A stretch of 64,000 nucleotides of DNA from Eremomyces bilateralis CBS 781.70 (taxonomy: Eukaryota): NCBI GenBank assembly GCA_010015585.1, contig ML975149.1; one strand, written 5' to 3'. The translations under genes were made by a program, and so were the position numbers. The notes under the pieces were generated by a model, which saw only the letters and a list, made by a program, of their open reading frames with translations, ran no database searches and had not been told where the DNA came from. Positions 59,867 through 64,000 of the stretch are shown here, in pieces (position 1 is the first letter of the stretch; each line of letters starts with the position of its first letter).

Positions 59867-60409
59867 GGGATGAAAACGGGTGGGATTTGGTGAGAATGGC
59901 GTTTCATCGAGTTATGAGGGATGCTAGATTACGGTCTCGATCGGCTGCGAGACTGACGATTCTGCTGCATGTCATGGCGTTTGGGATATGGGATTCGGGT
60001 TTTATTTGGCGGGCTTCACTGTAGATATAGATCTAACTTCTAGCGGAGGATTCCAATACTATTCAACGGCCGATTTCAAGACCCTCTACCTACTTAACGT
60101 GATACCATTATAGGGCCTCTCTACAGTAGCCTACCTCGTTGCACCTTGGATATTGTTATCTACTATTGTTTGAACGAAGGTTCAGGCAGCAAGTTCTGGG
60201 ATATCTAGTTTGAATGCGCGGGGCCATTTTACAGATTTCAAGGCCCTTTTCCTCCCCTCCAGTTTTTGTATCGAGAGCCACAGCATGAAAGTTGAGCCAT
60301 GTTTAGATCACTGAATCCTGTAGGTTTATTATCTGACTCGTAACTCAATAGGTACCAACATCAAACTTCAAAGGTTAGGACTTCATGTCACTCCAGGCTA
60401 ATACATTGT

Positions 60410-62125
60410 TCATTTGGTGGAATCTTGAACTTTGTACAATATCCTAATGACGACAGGTCTGATTTTGAGAGGGGGAGAATTGACTGTAAATTGAAAGCGC
60501 TTCTCCAGAATCTGTACAGTCCCTTTAGCGCCTTTGAAACGCTCATCTGGTTTGCTGCGATTTACAGCGTTATTATCGTCAAGGACATTGAATCGTCCAG
60601 AATCAAGATCCTTTTTGGTAATCCCATATGTCCATCCATCTCCGAGGTACGTTTGACAATCGGCATCAGGGACTGGGAAACTGATACGAAGCGTCGTTCC
60701 ATCCTTGAGAGGTAAGTTAAATGATGCGTCCTCGCGTCCTACAGGTAACGTCGCTTCGTCTTTGTAAAAAGATACGTTAAGCCATGCGTTTTGTTTAGGT
60801 GTGGTGACTGGCGGTATGGGGACTAATCCATACGTGTATTTGTATTCCCAGACGTCAGGGGCTCCTCCTTGTTTTCCAGGCAGGAGTGTATCATGTGATA
60901 TATCGCCACACAGAATGGGTAGGATGGCGTCGGTGTAGGGGATACCATCTAGCTCGAAGCGCTCTCGGGCATCAGGCGCAGGAGGTTTCCAAGGCTTCCG
61001 TCGAACGTCGAACGTCGAACCTTGGATGCATATATCTTCTGCCGACCCTCCGACCTCGGATGGAAGGAGTACGGCTGCTGGAGGGAAAGAAATTCGACGA
61101 TAAAAAGACTTCCCCAGGCGCGATCGATTGGAGTTAAGAGGTATGCATGCTCGGCCGTGCTCTTGTCCAGACCGCGAGGATGCCTCCAACATGGCATAAC
61201 AGCCGCTCAGTGTTGTCACCAACGGTAGGGTTATTCTCAAGCCCACGCTTGTAATGTGAAAGGTGGAGGTGGGAGCGTGGTGAGTTGTTACTAGATTAGT
61301 TGCCACAAATTGCCCGCAGTTTTTGAATACGGCTGGGGAAGGGGCCAGGAAACTTCTCCAGAAAATAGGAACGGCGGGGGTCCAACTCCAGCAAAACATC
61401 GTGTGGTCATTGGAGACTTTGATTATCTCTTCTTGGAGCCTCAAGAAAGCCTTGCTTCCTTCACCGTATAGAAGCGGCATGTTGATGTTAAACAGACCAA
61501 GCATACAGTAAGCCATGTCCTCTGGCCGGGTCGTCGATCGTGATGCTAGCCAGGACATCCTCTCCGCCACGCTGCACCAAAAGAAATCTGGATCCTCTTG
61601 GAGATATTGCCCACGGATCCCGGTGATTTGGGATATAAGAGAACCCATGGACAACTTCGTTCCGAACTCGGCCCATCGCTTGTCGAAAAAGACGAGGTTC
61701 CCAGGAGCAATTAGCTCTTGGAGGGTCCAGCCTCTAGTAAACCATCGGGAAGAAGATAGACTCACCAACGGGTCTTGTCCGTCTTCCGGGGCCCATTCGA
61801 AGTCCTCTAGAAAGGTGAAGCACACGTGTGAGTCTCGATACCACATATACATCGAGTTGATGGCCTCCGAGAGCTCCGCGGAGCTTGACTTGTCGATACA
61901 GTTGGTGTCGACCCATATGTACTCTAGGTCCCAAGTGAGTGTTTGCTTGCAAGCATTTCTGATCTTCTCGGCCCCTTTCGTGGATGCCGTGCGTTTCTCG
62001 GGGTCCTGCCAGTCCTGAAGACTGACTTCTTCGTCGCACCAGGTATGAGAGAGAATGGCATAGGGAGGAAACTCTGGGCCGAAAAAGTCCTCCAAGTGGA
62101 GGGTTCGGGCATTGATTAAACGCAT
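60410..62125 (-). CDS. HET-domain (heterokaryon incompatibility) protein
   Basis: MRLINARTLHLEDF..PPYAILSHTW, YIWVDTNCIDKSSSAELSEAINSMYMWY, SRWFTRGWTLQELIAP, TTRPEDMAYCMLGLFNINMPLLYGEG..AFLRLQEEI. Confidence 0.93.
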   Translation of the reverse strand: MRLINARTLHLEDFFGPEFPPYAILSHTWCDEEVSLQDWQDPEKRTASTKGAEKIRNACKQTLTWDLEYIWVDTNCIDKSSSAELSEAINSMYMWYRDSHVCFTFLEDFEWAPEDGQDPLVSLSSSRWFTRGWTLQELIAPGNLVFFDKRWAEFGTKLSMGSLISQITGIRGQYLQEDPDFFWCSVAERMSWLASRSTTRPEDMAYCMLGLFNINMPLLYGEGSKAFLRLQEEIIKVSNDHTMFCWSWTPAVPIFWRSFLAPSPAVFKNCGQFVATNLVTTHHAPTSTFHITSVGLRITLPLVTTLSGCYAMLEASSRSGQEHGRACIPLNSNRSRLGKSFYRRISFPPAAVLLPSEVGGSAEDICIQGSTFDVRRKPWKPPAPDARERFELDGIPYTDAILPILCGDISHDTLLPGKQGGAPDVWEYKYTYGLVPIPPVTTPKQNAWLNVSFYKDEATLPVGREDASFNLPLKDGTTLRISFPVPDADCQTYLGDGWTYGITKKDLDSGRFNVLDDNNAVNRSKPDERFKGAKGTVQILEKRFQFTVNSPPLKIRPVVIRILYKVQDSTK

Positions 62126-62785
62126 CCGTGGAATAAATTCAATGATCGCCGGCTCTTCAATGTCTGCTGGACAAACTGGAAACACGGAAGGAATAGTTTG
62201 AAAGGTGAGCACGCAAGTTGACAACCCGACTTTGATGAAGACTAGGCTGAAGTTTATAGGCCATTTTTCGAGGATCGGCACTGCTCCAAATGCACCAGGC
62301 TTTCTGAATTTCCCAGCCTGACATCTGGCAATTCGAATAGACTTGGGATTAGGGTGTGTTACATACAACTAAAACCTTGAAGTTGATGGGCTAGGATGCG
62401 GACACAGGGCGTGGCAGTGCTCGCCAATCCGTCCAAACCAACTATCACCATCAAGCTTTCCTCTATCAAAGTCATCTACTCTCGAATCAGAGAACCACAA
62501 GTAGTTTGATATCCCTTGGCTAGAGCTTAACGGCCTTAGGTTGGTAAACTCAATCCACTATAGAAGAGCAATGTGATGCATGACTATGGAATCATCGTGT
62601 GTTTAAAGGAAAGAGGTTCGCATTACGTGGTGGTTTTGAGGGTTTACTGGGCTTCTGTGATGTGCGACGCCGCAAATATAACAGGTATATCTCGATGTAA
62701 TTGTGCGTTGCGGTTCCAAGGCATAGGAAGTCTCGCCAGGGATACACTGGGTTCCCTTACAGCCGGTTGCCTCTTTTCATTAATA

Positions 62786-63265
62786 CAGTCACTAGCTAGC
62801 GAAATTGGCTTCCGCCTTTTGCAGGTCTAAGGATTCTCAGCGCACAGCCACCTGCAGATCTTGGCGTAAACAACGCAATACGATTCTTAGTGACCAATAG
62901 CTAGTCCACAGTATTGTTTCGGCGCTAAAATGTTTGTGAAGTTGAGGCCTCACAAGGAGCGGGAGGCGTTAATTAGGAAGGCACAGCGGGACTGGCAGCG
63001 GGAAAATCAACAGGAAAAACAGCAGAAACCATCTCCTATACTCGATCAACCTACTAGTACGGAGGATCTCGGTTTTTATATCGATTTACATCCCGAGTTC
63101 TGATATATAGATGATGGTAGTCAAATTGAGGTTTTGGCCTTTTGGGGCGGTCATGGGGCACGGATATTGAAAACGTTTCGCGGCTAAAATATATTTATGC
63201 CAAGAGTTACAGAGAATAAAGTTTAGGGCCGCCGTTTAGGCGGAAGCCAATTTCGCTAGTCACTG
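62786..63265. mobile_element. Non-autonomous Tc1/mariner-superfamily element (MITE-like, 480 bp) with TIRs and TA target duplication
   Basis: Left end TA|CAGTCACTAGCTAGCGAAATTGGCTTCCGCC. Right end GGCGGAAGCCAATTTCGCTAGTCACTG|TA, whose reverse complement is CAGTGACTAGCGAAATTGGCTTCCGCC. The two differ by one mismatch and a 4-nt CTAG duplication. Confidence 0.88.
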
Positions 63266-63644
63266 TATGATCATCTGTGTGGTTTAGAAACTAGAGGCTA
63301 TGATCCACAAGAGGACGATCACTGACCACAAGTGCCACAAGCAGTGAGTGACGAGCTGTGTTGGCTCCAATCTTTGGCATGGCTGGAGGCGCACGACATG
63401 ATCCCAGCCCTCATGACTGATTGGCCGGGCCAATCTCATGCTGAGATTCGATGCAAGAGATTCTGCTACTTGAATCCAGAAGGACAACAAGTGAGCAAGA
63501 CCAGATCAGATGTGTTCTGACGATGAGCCATATCGAAGGTGGGACGGGAGGAGGTAGTCCGCGTGGCGTCCCATTTAACCTTTTAGCCCGCTTGTTGAGC
63601 TCAAAGGATGCAGTAACTGGTATAAGGCTTGGAAGCACCTATCC

Positions 63645-64000
63645 TCATCCCACCACCCTAAATCCTAGGGGGCTCTCGCACGAGTATGCCAACACGTAGC
63701 TCCTAGGATGCCAGGCGACGCACTGATTGCCACCTTGCGTGTCGAAGCTATGCACATACTCGCCAGTCTCAGTGTGAGCAATGTCGATGGTGTTGCCTTC
63801 GTCACTTCCACCCACGATGTATGATCCATCGAAGGAGAAAGACACACTTTTCACAGGGCCCACGCAGCTGGGCAACGTCCGCTTGCAGATCATATCGGTG
63901 GTGTCCCACAGAGAAATAAGAGCATCGGAGCCGCCAATCGCGAGGTATGTGCCTGGAGGAGATAGCTCGATCGAGAAGATCGAGGAAGTGTGGGCGTTTA
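63645..64000 (-). CDS. tex1: WD40 protein, THO/TREX subunit Tex1/THOC3 (3' part only)
   Basis: NAHTSSIFSIELSPPGTYLAIGGSDALISLWDTTDMICKRTL..VKSVSFSFDGSYIVGGSDEG..IDIAHTETGEYVH..VAWHP. Confidence 0.82.
   Translation of the reverse strand, partial: NAHTSSIFSIELSPPGTYLAIGGSDALISLWDTTDMICKRTLPSCVGPVKSVSFSFDGSYIVGGSDEGNTIDIAHTETGEYVHSFDTQGGNQCVAWHPRSYVLAYSCESPLGFRVVG

Overview
Gene-dense, intron-containing DNA from a filamentous ascomycete (Pezizomycotina), judged from short GT-AG introns with CTRAC branch points and from HET and CFEM genes. About 28 protein-coding genes can be reconstructed. Housekeeping genes include vps37-like, sir2/hst1, a kinesin-4, nar1, rpb12, rix7, vps20, a PITH protein, apc11, a SUR7/PalI protein and a partial tex1/THOC3. 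Accessory genes include two GPI-anchored surface proteins, two MCT-type MFS transporters, a GT31, an SDR, a flavin-reductase-like protein, a 2OG-Fe(II) oxygenase and a HET-domain gene. Highlights: (1) a compact cluster at 50.6-56.1 kb that appears to encode the fungal protocatechuate branch of the 3-oxoadipate pathway (intradiol dioxygenase, 3-carboxy-cis,cis-muconate cyclase, carboxymuconolactone hydrolase/decarboxylase), flanked by a 2OG oxygenase; (2) a hypothetical protein next to apc11 whose motifs resemble yeast Atg31; (3) a 480-bp TA-flanked Tc1/mariner-type non-autonomous element upstream of the HET gene; (4) a CFEM protein with His-rich tandem repeats; (5) an AT-rich decayed multi-intron gene relic; (6) a recurrent C-rich to G-rich switch inside genes. 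All assignments come from manual reading and recalled family motifs; no database searches were run.
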